From: an uncultured virus (IMG/VR IMGVR_UViG_3300036770_005354)
Taxonomy: Duplodnaviria; Heunggongvirae; Uroviricota; Caudoviricetes
Length of the DNA: 20,000 bases
Direction: 5' to 3' (one strand)
IMG/VR virus record: IMGVR_UViG_3300036770_005354
Coordinates: 55,860 to 75,859 of that record
Shown here: positions 1-7,656 of the stretch, one piece after another
Layout: the number at the start of each line of letters is the position of its first letter
How positions within the stretch are numbered: position 1 is the first letter of the stretch
Position numbers and translations under genes: made by a program
The notes under the pieces: generated by a model
The model's input: the letters and a program-made list of their open reading frames with translations, nothing else
The model's database searches: none
What the model was told of the DNA's origin: nothing

Positions 1-2
1 AT

Positions 3-884
3 TTTAATGTTTGTGTATATGTTTATTGGAGAGAAGAACAACAATCAATAGTAAAATTAGTAGAAAACGATTATGAAATTTTAGATTTAAATCATCTTAC
101 CAAAGATGATCTAGTAATAGTATGTGAAGAATTTATTTGGGTTGCAAATGATTTACTTGCACCATTAGGAATTCCTTATATTATTATTAATCAGGGAATT
201 CATGGAACATTTTATTCATATAATCCATATGAGTTACACAAGAAAACGTATGATAATGCTGTTGCTATCTTAAGTAATTCACTACATACTACTACAGGTT
301 TGAAAAAGATATTTAATTTACCAAACGATAAGATATATAATTTTCGTATTGGAGTAGATAGCAATTTATATTACAATGAAAATGTAAAAAATAAAAAAAA
401 TATAGCATGCTATTTAAACTATAAAAATGGCAACTTTGCAAGATTTATTGACGTATATTTTCGAGGAAAATATCCAAATTGGCAATTAATTAAAATAGAA
501 AACTTACCAAAAGAAGAAACTGCTACAGTATTCAGAAAATCAAAATTATTTTTTTCTTTTGGTGGTCCAGAGGGTTTTGGATTACCACCATTAGAATCCG
601 CACTGTGTGGATGCAAGGTATTAGGATTTGATGGATATGCTGGTTCAGAATATTTTAAAGAATCAATATTTACAAAAGTCCAATTTATGGATTACATAGA
701 TTTCATTGATAAAATCCCATCTGTAATAGAAAATATAGATAATTTTTCATCAGATGATTTAGAATATATAGACTATTTAAAAAATTTTTATAGTTTAGAA
801 AAAACAAAAGATAGTTTATTTAAAATTTTCAATGAATTAATAGATAAACAACAAACCAAATCAATCAACTTCATTTTATCATAA
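3..884 (+). CDS. Glycosyltransferase, GT-B fold / GT4-like (5' end outside window)
   Basis: Frame 3 is open from position 3 (FNVCVYVYWREEQQ...NSLHTTTGLKKIF), so the TTG at 300 is internal. It has the GT4 donor-binding motif EGFGLPPLESALCGC followed by G.DG.AG.E. Confidence 0.8.
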   Translation, partial: FNVCVYVYWREEQQSIVKLVENDYEILDLNHLTKDDLVIVCEEFIWVANDLLAPLGIPYIIINQGIHGTFYSYNPYELHKKTYDNAVAILSNSLHTTTGLKKIFNLPNDKIYNFRIGVDSNLYYNENVKNKKNIACYLNYKNGNFARFIDVYFRGKYPNWQLIKIENLPKEETATVFRKSKLFFSFGGPEGFGLPPLESALCGCKVLGFDGYAGSEYFKESIFTKVQFMDYIDFIDKIPSVIENIDNFSSDDLEYIDYLKNFYSLEKTKDSLFKIFNELIDKQQTKSINFILS

Positions 885-888
885 AAGT

Positions 889-1224
889 ATGTTCAAAAAC
901 CTTTTTAAAAGATCGAATACCGCTGAAAAATTATCCCCAAAAGAAGAAGCAACAAAGTTAAAACAACCGTGGGTCACTGTAATCAATACAGAAATCAATA
1001 AAGAAAATATTAAAAATGGGTTTTTTGAGCTTGATTGGAATGAATATTTTATTCTAGAATTAAGAAAAAATGGATATAATGGACCATCTGAAGAGGATAT
1101 AGTTGATCAGTGGTTCACTGAAATGTGTAAAAACATTGGCAGTGAAGTGGGGATCAATATGAACAATAGAAACAGCGGATCTTTAAACAAAGCACTAAGA
1201 ATTGATGATGACAAATATGAATAA
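889..1224 (+). CDS. Hypothetical phage protein (PWV...GFFELDWNEYFI...GY.G..EE.IVDQWF)
   Basis: 111 aa ORF starting 4 nt after the upstream stop and overlapping the next start. No function recognised. Confidence 0.75.
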   Translation: MFKNLFKRSNTAEKLSPKEEATKLKQPWVTVINTEINKENIKNGFFELDWNEYFILELRKNGYNGPSEEDIVDQWFTEMCKNIGSEVGINMNNRNSGSLNKALRIDDDKYE

Positions 1225-2200
1225 ATGTTTTATTTTAGTTGATACTGCTAATATCTTCTATAGAAATAGATATGGTATTAAAGCACCACTAGAAGAAAAG
1301 ATGGCTCTTTGTGTAAACTCTATTTTTTATAGTATTAATAAAGCATGGAAAATGTTCAAAGCAACCCATGTTGTATTCTTCTTTGAAGGAAAAAGTTGGC
1401 GTAAAGACATTTATAAACAATATAAGCAAAACAGAGATAAGGGAGAGATGAGTCCCGATGAAGAGTTAGAAGAAAATCTATTTTGGGAAACATATGAATC
1501 TTTTAAGAAGTATGTTGCAGAAAATACCAATTGTACCACTCTTGAAAATTCTGTACTAGAAGCAGATGATTTAATCAGTGGGTGGATTGAAAAACACCCC
1601 GATGATAATCATGTTATTTGTTCATCAGATGAAGATTTTGCACAATTAATTTCTAATAATGTCACCATATATAATGGTCTATCTGACACCACTATTAAAA
1701 TTAATGGGTATTTTGATGATAAAAACAGACCTGTAATTGATTCAAAAACAAAAAAAATTAAAGATCCACCAAATCCAGAATGGCTTTTATTTAAAAAATG
1801 CATTCGTGGAGACAAAAGCGATAATGTGTTTTCCGCTTACCCCGGTGTGAGAGAAAAAGGTTCAAAAAATAAAGCTGGATTAGTTCAAGTATTCGAAGAT
1901 CGTCATACAAAAGGTTTTACATGGAATAACTTTATGTTACAAACGTGGATTGATCACGAGGGTGTCACACATACTGTAGGTAAAGATTATGAAAGAAACC
2001 TACTACTGTGTGGATTAAAAAATCAACCAGAAAATATCAAAAAAATCATCTCTGAAACAATCGATGAAGAGATTAGCCTTAATAAAAATATATCAATGGT
2101 TGGTGTTAGATTCTTAAAGTTTTGTGGGAAACATGAATTACTAAAACTAGCAGAAAATCCAAATCCATATGTGGAAGTATTAAATGCAAAATACAATTAA
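1217..2200 (+). CDS. rnh: T4 RNase H-like 5'-3' exonuclease / flap endonuclease
   Basis: FEN/5'-nuclease acidic motifs LVDTAN, FFEGKSWRK..Y..YK.NR, EADDLI, SSDEDFAQL and RGDKSDNV. I prefer the ATG at 1217 (overlaps the upstream gene's end) to the track's TTG at 1202. Confidence 0.88.
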   Translation: MNKCFILVDTANIFYRNRYGIKAPLEEKMALCVNSIFYSINKAWKMFKATHVVFFFEGKSWRKDIYKQYKQNRDKGEMSPDEELEENLFWETYESFKKYVAENTNCTTLENSVLEADDLISGWIEKHPDDNHVICSSDEDFAQLISNNVTIYNGLSDTTIKINGYFDDKNRPVIDSKTKKIKDPPNPEWLLFKKCIRGDKSDNVFSAYPGVREKGSKNKAGLVQVFEDRHTKGFTWNNFMLQTWIDHEGVTHTVGKDYERNLLLCGLKNQPENIKKIISETIDEEISLNKNISMVGVRFLKFCGKHELLKLAENPNPYVEVLNAKYN

Positions 2201-2699
2201 TAATATAAAAATAGAAACAAAGGCCTTATTAAAAAATAAAGAATGGCTTTTATACCAAAATGAATATAAAATAGGCTCCATTTGTAAAGAAAAAAACAAA
2301 TATTTTTTTCTAAAAAATGGCAAAAAAGTAGAAATTAAAAATTTATTAGATTTTGAGAAAAATTTTGGTATTAAATTAGCATCTGACACAAAACTTCATC
2401 AATCTAAATACGATATCAAACAAATATATGGATATCCATGTAAAAATAAGCCAATAGCTCCAGTATATGATATAAAGAAAAAGCTACCATTATATCTAAA
2501 AAGAGCAAATAGTAAAAGTTATTACTGTGCAGGATATTATCTTATAAAGATAAAAAAGGGTTGGGTTAAAAATTATTGTCCAAAACTAATAACATTAGAT
2601 AATAACTTATATCATGGACCATTTAAATCCGATTATGATTTAAAACAAAAATTAATTGAGTTAAACAATTATGAAAAGCATCAACACCTTGCCGATTGA
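2184..2699 (+). CDS. Hypothetical basic phage protein (LPLY.K...SKSYYCAGYY.I....GW...CPKLITL...Y.GPF)
   Basis: 171 aa ORF overlapping both neighbours, co-oriented with the operon. Confidence 0.75.
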   Translation: MQNTINNIKIETKALLKNKEWLLYQNEYKIGSICKEKNKYFFLKNGKKVEIKNLLDFEKNFGIKLASDTKLHQSKYDIKQIYGYPCKNKPIAPVYDIKKKLPLYLKRANSKSYYCAGYYLIKIKKGWVKNYCPKLITLDNNLYHGPFKSDYDLKQKLIELNNYEKHQHLAD

Positions 2700-2892
2700 A
2701 GATTTTCTAGATAAAGCAAGGGTTGCAATTCGTTCCAATCAGAAAAATTTAGTTCTTTCTTTAAAAGAAGTAAGCGATTTGCAAAATAGTTTATCTATAG
2801 TTATGACTAGATTAGCAGGAAATCTAGACAAACAGGTGTCCGAAAAAGCAAATGATAACATAACTGTAACATTTAATGGTGGTAAATTTTAA
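2671..2892 (+). CDS. Small hypothetical protein ending in GGKF
   Basis: 73 aa ORF with an ATG start that fills the gap between neighbours. Helical-looking sequence. Confidence 0.7.
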   Translation: MKSINTLPIEDFLDKARVAIRSNQKNLVLSLKEVSDLQNSLSIVMTRLAGNLDKQVSEKANDNITVTFNGGKF

Positions 2893-2898
2893 TAAATA
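2891..2898 (+). promoter_or_regulatory. Putative T4-late-like promoter (AATAAATA)
   Basis: 7/8 match to TATAAATA at the start of an intergenic gap, followed by a GGAG RBS (2918-2921) and GTG at 2929. Confidence 0.5.
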
Positions 2899-2928
2899 CT
2901 ACGATAATTAATTTATTGGAGTATTATT

Positions 2929-3231
2929 GTGAGCCGCCCAAAACCAAAAGTTTTACTTGAACTAATAGATAAAAAAACTTTTAAACTAGAAGAAGTCCTA
3001 GAAGCAGAAGCTATTTGGGCTGTTTATTACAAAGATAAACCTATAAATATAAAAATTTCAAATTATCTGACTAATAAAATAAGTCCAAAATATAAAAAAA
3101 TTTCTTTTTCAAACTCAGGGCATGCTTTTAATTTAGCTGAAAAACTTAATAAAGTATACAAGTGTAATGATTTTTCAGTATATAAATTGACTACTGGCGA
3201 AAAAGTTCATGAAATAAAATCAGAGGAATAA
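2929..3231 (+). CDS. Hypothetical phage protein (MSRPKPKVLLE...KYKKISFSNSGHAFNLAEKLN)
   Basis: 100 aa ORF with a GTG start and GGAG 7 nt upstream. Confidence 0.8.
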   Translation: MSRPKPKVLLELIDKKTFKLEEVLEAEAIWAVYYKDKPINIKISNYLTNKISPKYKKISFSNSGHAFNLAEKLNKVYKCNDFSVYKLTTGEKVHEIKSEE

Positions 3232-3236
3232 AAATA

Positions 3237-3245
3237 CAATAAATA
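3237..3245 (+). promoter_or_regulatory. Putative late promoter CAATAAATA, 5 nt before ATG (leaderless-type)
   Basis: CAATAAATA-CAGCA-ATG(3251), with no Shine-Dalgarno in the 19-nt gap. The same 9-mer and spacing occur at 13052-13060 on the - strand. Confidence 0.55.
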
Positions 3246-3250
3246 CAGCA

Positions 3251-3628
3251 ATGAATCAAAAGTTAGCTATAACTAAATTTATTATAGATCATTTGTCATT
3301 GCCCTCTGATGAAAAAAATTTTAAAAAATACTTATTTCTTTGGTGGAGAAGCATTAGAGTAAAAGATTCAGGTGGATTGGGTCTTTCTGAAGAAGGCTTT
3401 AATGCTCTATGCAAATGTGATATAAAAAAATATAAAATTAATTTTCCAAAAAATATCATTTGCAACAACAATCTAATACTAATATTAGATCAAAATCTAA
3501 AATCCCCATATTTTATAACAAAAAACCATATTTACGTTTTTAATGAAACTACTGCAATACATCTAATTTTATTAGATGGCGATTTACACAAGTTTACAAC
3601 ACACGTAAAAAAGTTGCTTGATTCCTAA
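3251..3628 (+). CDS. Hypothetical phage protein (KDSGGLGLSEEGF...LD..L.SPYFI)
   Basis: 125 aa ORF, co-oriented, downstream of a putative late promoter. Confidence 0.75.
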   Translation: MNQKLAITKFIIDHLSLPSDEKNFKKYLFLWWRSIRVKDSGGLGLSEEGFNALCKCDIKKYKINFPKNIICNNNLILILDQNLKSPYFITKNHIYVFNETTAIHLILLDGDLHKFTTHVKKLLDS

Positions 3629-3646
3629 TCCTAGTAGTGCTACAAT
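3618..3646 (+). promoter_or_regulatory. Sigma70-type early/middle promoter for the MoxR-VWA unit
   Basis: -35 TTGATT (3618-3623), 17-nt spacer, extended -10 TGc, -10 TACAAT (3641-3646), and an upstream A-tract at 3607-3612. Confidence 0.7.
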
Positions 3647-3650
3647 AACC

Positions 3651-3667
3651 TTGTTGCACGACAACAA
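3651..3667 (+). other. 5' leader hairpin of the MoxR transcript
   Basis: TTGTTG-CACGA-CAACAA forms a perfect 6-bp stem at the expected transcription start. Confidence 0.45.
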
Positions 3668-3698
3668 TCCTTAACTAACTATTGAAAGAGAGTACATC

Positions 3699-4781
3699 AT
3701 GGCAGAAAAAAACATTGTTTCCCGCACCCTTGGCCCAAATGAAGCTAAAACAGCAATTACAAAGTGTATGAAAAGTAGCCGTCCTGTTTTTATGTGGGGG
3801 CCTCCTGGTATCGGTAAGAGTGATATCGTAAAGCAGATTGGCAACGAACAAAATCGTAAAGTAATCGATGTTCGTTTGTCTCTATGGGAACCAACTGATA
3901 TCAAGGGAATTCCATATTATAATTCATTAAGCAATACTATGGCGTGGGCTCCACCACTTGAGTTTCCAACTGACCCTGAAGACAACAGCATCCTATTTCT
4001 TGACGAGCTAAATTCTGCTGCACCCGCTACCCAAGCTGCCGCATATCAGCTTATTCTGAATCGTAGAGTCGGAACATATGAACTTCCACGTAATGTAAGT
4101 ATTATTGCAGCTGGAAATCGAGAAACAGATAAGGGTGTAACTTATAGAATGCCTGCTCCTTTGGCAAACCGTTTTATTCATATTGAACTACGTGTTGATT
4201 ATGATGATTGGCACAAGTGGGCTGTTACTAACAATGTCCATGAACAAGTCGTGGGATATATTGGGTTTGCAAAACAAGATCTTTATGACTTTGATCCAAA
4301 GTCACCCAGCAAGAGCTTTGCAACACCCCGTTCATGGAGCTTCGTAAGTGAACTTCTAAACGATGATGATATTTCAGATAAAACACTAAATGATCTAGTG
4401 TCAGGTGCAGTAGGCGAAGGACTAGCTGTTAAGTTTATGGCTCACCGAAAGGTTGCTAAACAAATGCCAAATCCAGAACTAGTGCTTTCTGGTAAGATCA
4501 AAAAGTGTGATATCAAGGAAATTTCAGCAATGTATTCTTTGACTATCAGCCTGTGTTATGAACTAAAGTCAGCTAACCTTAAAAAGGTTAAGAACTGGGA
4601 TGAAATGGCCGATAATTTCTTTGGGTTCATGATGAAAAATTTCCCAACCGAGCTAGTAGTTATGGGGGCAAAAACTGCACTAAGTACTTACGAACTTCCA
4701 TTCGACGCCGGTAAACTTACTAATTTTGATGAATTCCATTCAAAATACGGTAAGTTCATCGTCCAAGCAATGGAAAATTGA
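3699..4781 (+). CDS. MoxR-type (AAA_5-like) AAA+ ATPase
   Basis: Walker A GPPGIGKS, Walker B ILFLDELN, sensor-1 AAGN, Arg finger PAPLANRF and TPRSW. Purine-rich RBS GAAAGAGAG upstream; adjacent to a VWA gene. Confidence 0.9.
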   Translation: MAEKNIVSRTLGPNEAKTAITKCMKSSRPVFMWGPPGIGKSDIVKQIGNEQNRKVIDVRLSLWEPTDIKGIPYYNSLSNTMAWAPPLEFPTDPEDNSILFLDELNSAAPATQAAAYQLILNRRVGTYELPRNVSIIAAGNRETDKGVTYRMPAPLANRFIHIELRVDYDDWHKWAVTNNVHEQVVGYIGFAKQDLYDFDPKSPSKSFATPRSWSFVSELLNDDDISDKTLNDLVSGAVGEGLAVKFMAHRKVAKQMPNPELVLSGKIKKCDIKEISAMYSLTISLCYELKSANLKKVKNWDEMADNFFGFMMKNFPTELVVMGAKTALSTYELPFDAGKLTNFDEFHSKYGKFIVQAMEN

Positions 4782-4784
4782 TAC

Positions 4785-4809
4785 AAGGCCCGTAAGGGCC
4801 TTTATGCTT
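4785..4809 (+). terminator. GC-rich hairpin with GNRA loop; probable weak intrinsic terminator or mRNA stabiliser
   Basis: AAGGCCC-GTAA-GGGCCTT (4785-4802) starts 3 nt after the ATPase stop. The U-tract is imperfect (TTTATGCTT). Confidence 0.65.
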
Positions 4810-4828
4810 AAACTAATAAAGGATTAAT

Positions 4829-6082
4829 ATGACAGCTAAAAATACTAGTACAAAGCAATCAAAAGATGATTGGTCAAAGAAGCAATTTTCAAATTCTGAA
4901 AAAAACAAGCTTGTTGAAAAGCTAACAACTGCACGTGTTGGTCTGCTATTAAAGCATCCATTTTTTGGTAATATGGCAACTCGTCTAACTTTAGTAGACG
5001 CCAGTGATTGGTGCACAACTTTAGCAACTGATGGTAGAAAATTTTATTACAACAACGGTTTTGTTGACAAACTTAGTGCTAAAGAATGTGAGTTTGGATT
5101 TGCCCACGAAGTTCTACACAATGTATTTGATCATCTAGGAAGAAAAGAATCCCGTGATGCTATGTTAAGTAATGTAGCAGCAGATTATGCGGTAAATCAA
5201 ATATTGGTTGATGAAAAGATTGGTGCTGTACCGAAATTCTTAAAAATTTTTCAAGATAACAAGTATCGCGATAAAAGTTTTGAAGAAATTTACGATGAAC
5301 TTTTTTCAAAAGCAAAAAAGATTAATATTCAAGACCTAGGTGATATGTTTGATGAACATCTTGACGGAGATGATGGAAATGGTGATGAAAATAATGACCA
5401 GAATAATCCAAAAAAACCCCGTCTAACTAAAGAGGAAAGAGATGCCATTCGTGAAGAAATTAAAGAAGCAATGATTTCTTCTGCACAAAGTGTAGGTGCT
5501 GGTAAAATTCCAGCAGGAATTCAAAGAATGATCAAGGATTTCACTGAACCAAAAATGGATTGGAGAGAATTACTTAGAATGAACATTCAAAGTATTCTAA
5601 AAAGCAATTTTAGTTTCAGTAGACCGAATAGAAAAAGTCAACATAGTGGAGCAATTTTACCAGGTCTACTAAATGAAGATACAATTGATGTAAGTATCGC
5701 CATTGACATGAGTGGAAGTATTAGTGACACACAAGCCAAAGATTTCCTATCTGAAATTAAAGGAATCATGGATGAATATCAAGATTTTAAAATTAAACTT
5801 TGGTGTTTTGATACCGCAGTCTATAACTATGAAACTTTTACTTCCGATAATGCTGACGAAATTTTGTCTTATAAAGTAAAAGGCGGTGGTGGAACTGCAT
5901 TTGAAGCTAACTGGAAATTTATGCAAGAGAATGATATTCAACCCAAGAAATTTATTATGTTCACTGATGGATATCCGGGTGGAAGTTGGGGTGATGAGGA
6001 TTATTGTGATACATTGTTTATTATCCACGGAAATGATTCTATTGTTCCACCATTTGGCGAACATGCATATTATGATGAGTAA
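4829..6082 (+). CDS. Zincin-like metallopeptidase + VWA domain protein (DUF2201-like), MoxR partner
   Basis: N-terminal ATDG...FAHEVLH (HEXXH)...AADYAVN, an acidic Asn/Asp linker, and C-terminal MIDAS elements DMSGS, GGGT and FTDG. RBS AAGGA upstream. Confidence 0.88.
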   Translation: MTAKNTSTKQSKDDWSKKQFSNSEKNKLVEKLTTARVGLLLKHPFFGNMATRLTLVDASDWCTTLATDGRKFYYNNGFVDKLSAKECEFGFAHEVLHNVFDHLGRKESRDAMLSNVAADYAVNQILVDEKIGAVPKFLKIFQDNKYRDKSFEEIYDELFSKAKKINIQDLGDMFDEHLDGDDGNGDENNDQNNPKKPRLTKEERDAIREEIKEAMISSAQSVGAGKIPAGIQRMIKDFTEPKMDWRELLRMNIQSILKSNFSFSRPNRKSQHSGAILPGLLNEDTIDVSIAIDMSGSISDTQAKDFLSEIKGIMDEYQDFKIKLWCFDTAVYNYETFTSDNADEILSYKVKGGGGTAFEANWKFMQENDIQPKKFIMFTDGYPGGSWGDEDYCDTLFIIHGNDSIVPPFGEHAYYDE

Positions 6083-6084
6083 TC

Positions 6085-6366
6085 ATGTCATTGGCTAATG
6101 GAACAATTAATCCATTGAATGTGTTGGGTATAAGAAAAATAAATTTTATGCCCGACACTTTTCATAAAATTCAGATGCCAGAAAACTATATAACTACTGA
6201 ATTTTTAGAACACTGGATTGAATATAACTTAAATAGTAGGTATTCAATTACACGAATAACCGTATTAGATACATATGGTTTGTGCGAAAAAGTAGTAGTT
6301 GGATTCGAAGATGAAAAAGATTTAACAGTTTTTTGTATATCATATCCAAATTTTTTGAAAGGCTAA
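6085..6366 (+). CDS. Hypothetical phage protein (NPLNVLG.R...WIEYNLNSRY...GFEDEKDLT.F)
   Basis: 93 aa ORF starting 2 nt after the VWA gene stop. Confidence 0.75.
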   Translation: MSLANGTINPLNVLGIRKINFMPDTFHKIQMPENYITTEFLEHWIEYNLNSRYSITRITVLDTYGLCEKVVVGFEDEKDLTVFCISYPNFLKG

Positions 6367-6368
6367 AC

Positions 6369-6554
6369 ATGGAAAATACACAAGATCAACAACCAAACAA
6401 TACGACAGAACTTTCTGTTTCCGATTTACAAGCACTAAAAACATTAGTTGAAACTGCGGTTCGTAGAGGTGCATTCCAAGCAAATGAATTAACGGCTGTT
6501 GGAACAGTATACGACAGAGTTAACACATTTTTAAGCTCAATTTCTACAAAATAA
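6369..6554 (+). CDS. Small helical hypothetical protein (LSVSDL...AVRRGAFQANE)
   Basis: ATG at 6369 is preceded by GAAAGG and lies 2 nt after the upstream stop. I prefer it to the track's start at 6333. Confidence 0.75.
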   Translation: MENTQDQQPNNTTELSVSDLQALKTLVETAVRRGAFQANELTAVGTVYDRVNTFLSSISTK

Positions 6555-6565
6555 TAGGATAAACA

Positions 6566-7180
6566 ATGAAACACGTTGGAAAAATGAAAAATAATAACGC
6601 AAAAATAGTTATTGTTTATAGAACTTTACCGGGAGATCCAAATAGTGCACTAGTAGTAGGAACATCTAATTTAGGTGATGCTTATCACAATGCATTAATG
6701 AATTTGATTCAAGATCCTAGCGGTCAACAAGCTAATGAATTTGCAGACATATTATCTGTAAGAAGTTTTCCAGATGGAAATAATATGTTAGCATGGTTAC
6801 ATAATCGTAATCAACTAAAAAAAGTACCAACTAGTGAAGTATTGGTAACTCCTAATCCACAGACATCTGTACCATTAGATGAATTAAATAGATTAATTGC
6901 TGAACAAAAAGGTGTAAGCATTGAAGATTTGGCTATTTCTGAGGGTAAAAAGCAATCAGTAGCAGAAAAACAAACACAAGTAGTTGAATCCAGTAAAGTT
7001 ACAGAAAAGGCTGCTATGACATTAACAGAAGACACATCTATTGATATTTCAAAGTTGTCAGCTACTGAATTGAGGTCAAAAGCAGACGCATTGTTTAAAC
7101 AGGCACAACAACTACGAAAAAAAGCTGAAGAACTTGATCCTATAAAAAAAAGACAAAAAGTTGAAACGGTCAGTGAATGA
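6566..7180 (+). CDS. Hypothetical phage protein with C-terminal coiled coil
   Basis: 204 aa with an AGGA RBS. Globular-looking N-terminus (MKHVG...YRTLPGDP), low-complexity linker, then helix LRSKADALFKQAQQLRKKAEELDP. Confidence 0.8.
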   Translation: MKHVGKMKNNNAKIVIVYRTLPGDPNSALVVGTSNLGDAYHNALMNLIQDPSGQQANEFADILSVRSFPDGNNMLAWLHNRNQLKKVPTSEVLVTPNPQTSVPLDELNRLIAEQKGVSIEDLAISEGKKQSVAEKQTQVVESSKVTEKAAMTLTEDTSIDISKLSATELRSKADALFKQAQQLRKKAEELDPIKKRQKVETVSE

Positions 7181-7656
7181 TAAATTCAATAGTAGCAGTA
7201 GACAAACAATCTGGAATTGGATTTTTGGGAAAATTGCCATGGCCCCATTTAAAAAATGACATGAAATTTTTTAAATCACAAACTGAAAACAATTTTGTGA
7301 TAATGGGGTCAACTACTTGGAGAAGCTTACCGAATAAACTGCCCAATAGAATCAATTGTGTGATTTCAAGATTCAAACATGACGCAGATTTATGCTTTTC
7401 AGCATTAGAAGCATCTATATTTTTTGCAAAAAAACATCACCCAGAAAAAGAAATATTCATAATTGGAGGGGAAAAACTCTATAATTCTAGTATGGATATT
7501 ATAGATAATTTTTACGTTACTGAAATAGATCAATCTTTTGATTGTGATAGGTTTTTTAATTTAGATTTTGTAAAAAATAATTACAAAAATACATCAATTA
7601 TATCATCTCATATTGATAGTGATATATCTTACACTATAAAAAAATACTCAAAATGA
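7177..7656 (+). CDS. folA: Dihydrofolate reductase
   Basis: Motifs IVAVD...GIG..GKLPW..L..DM..F, VIMG..TW.SLP..LPNR.N.VISR, IFIIGG..LY and YVTEI...F.CD.FF. ATGA overlaps with both neighbours. Confidence 0.95.
   Translation: MINSIVAVDKQSGIGFLGKLPWPHLKNDMKFFKSQTENNFVIMGSTTWRSLPNKLPNRINCVISRFKHDADLCFSALEASIFFAKKHHPEKEIFIIGGEKLYNSSMDIIDNFYVTEIDQSFDCDRFFNLDFVKNNYKNTSIISSHIDSDISYTIKKYSK

Noticed and set aside
7177..7656. DHFR as a mobile trimethoprim-resistance dfr cassette
   Set aside because: No integron or IS context. It is coupled to thyA as in T4-like frd-td, and drug sensitivity cannot be read from the sequence.
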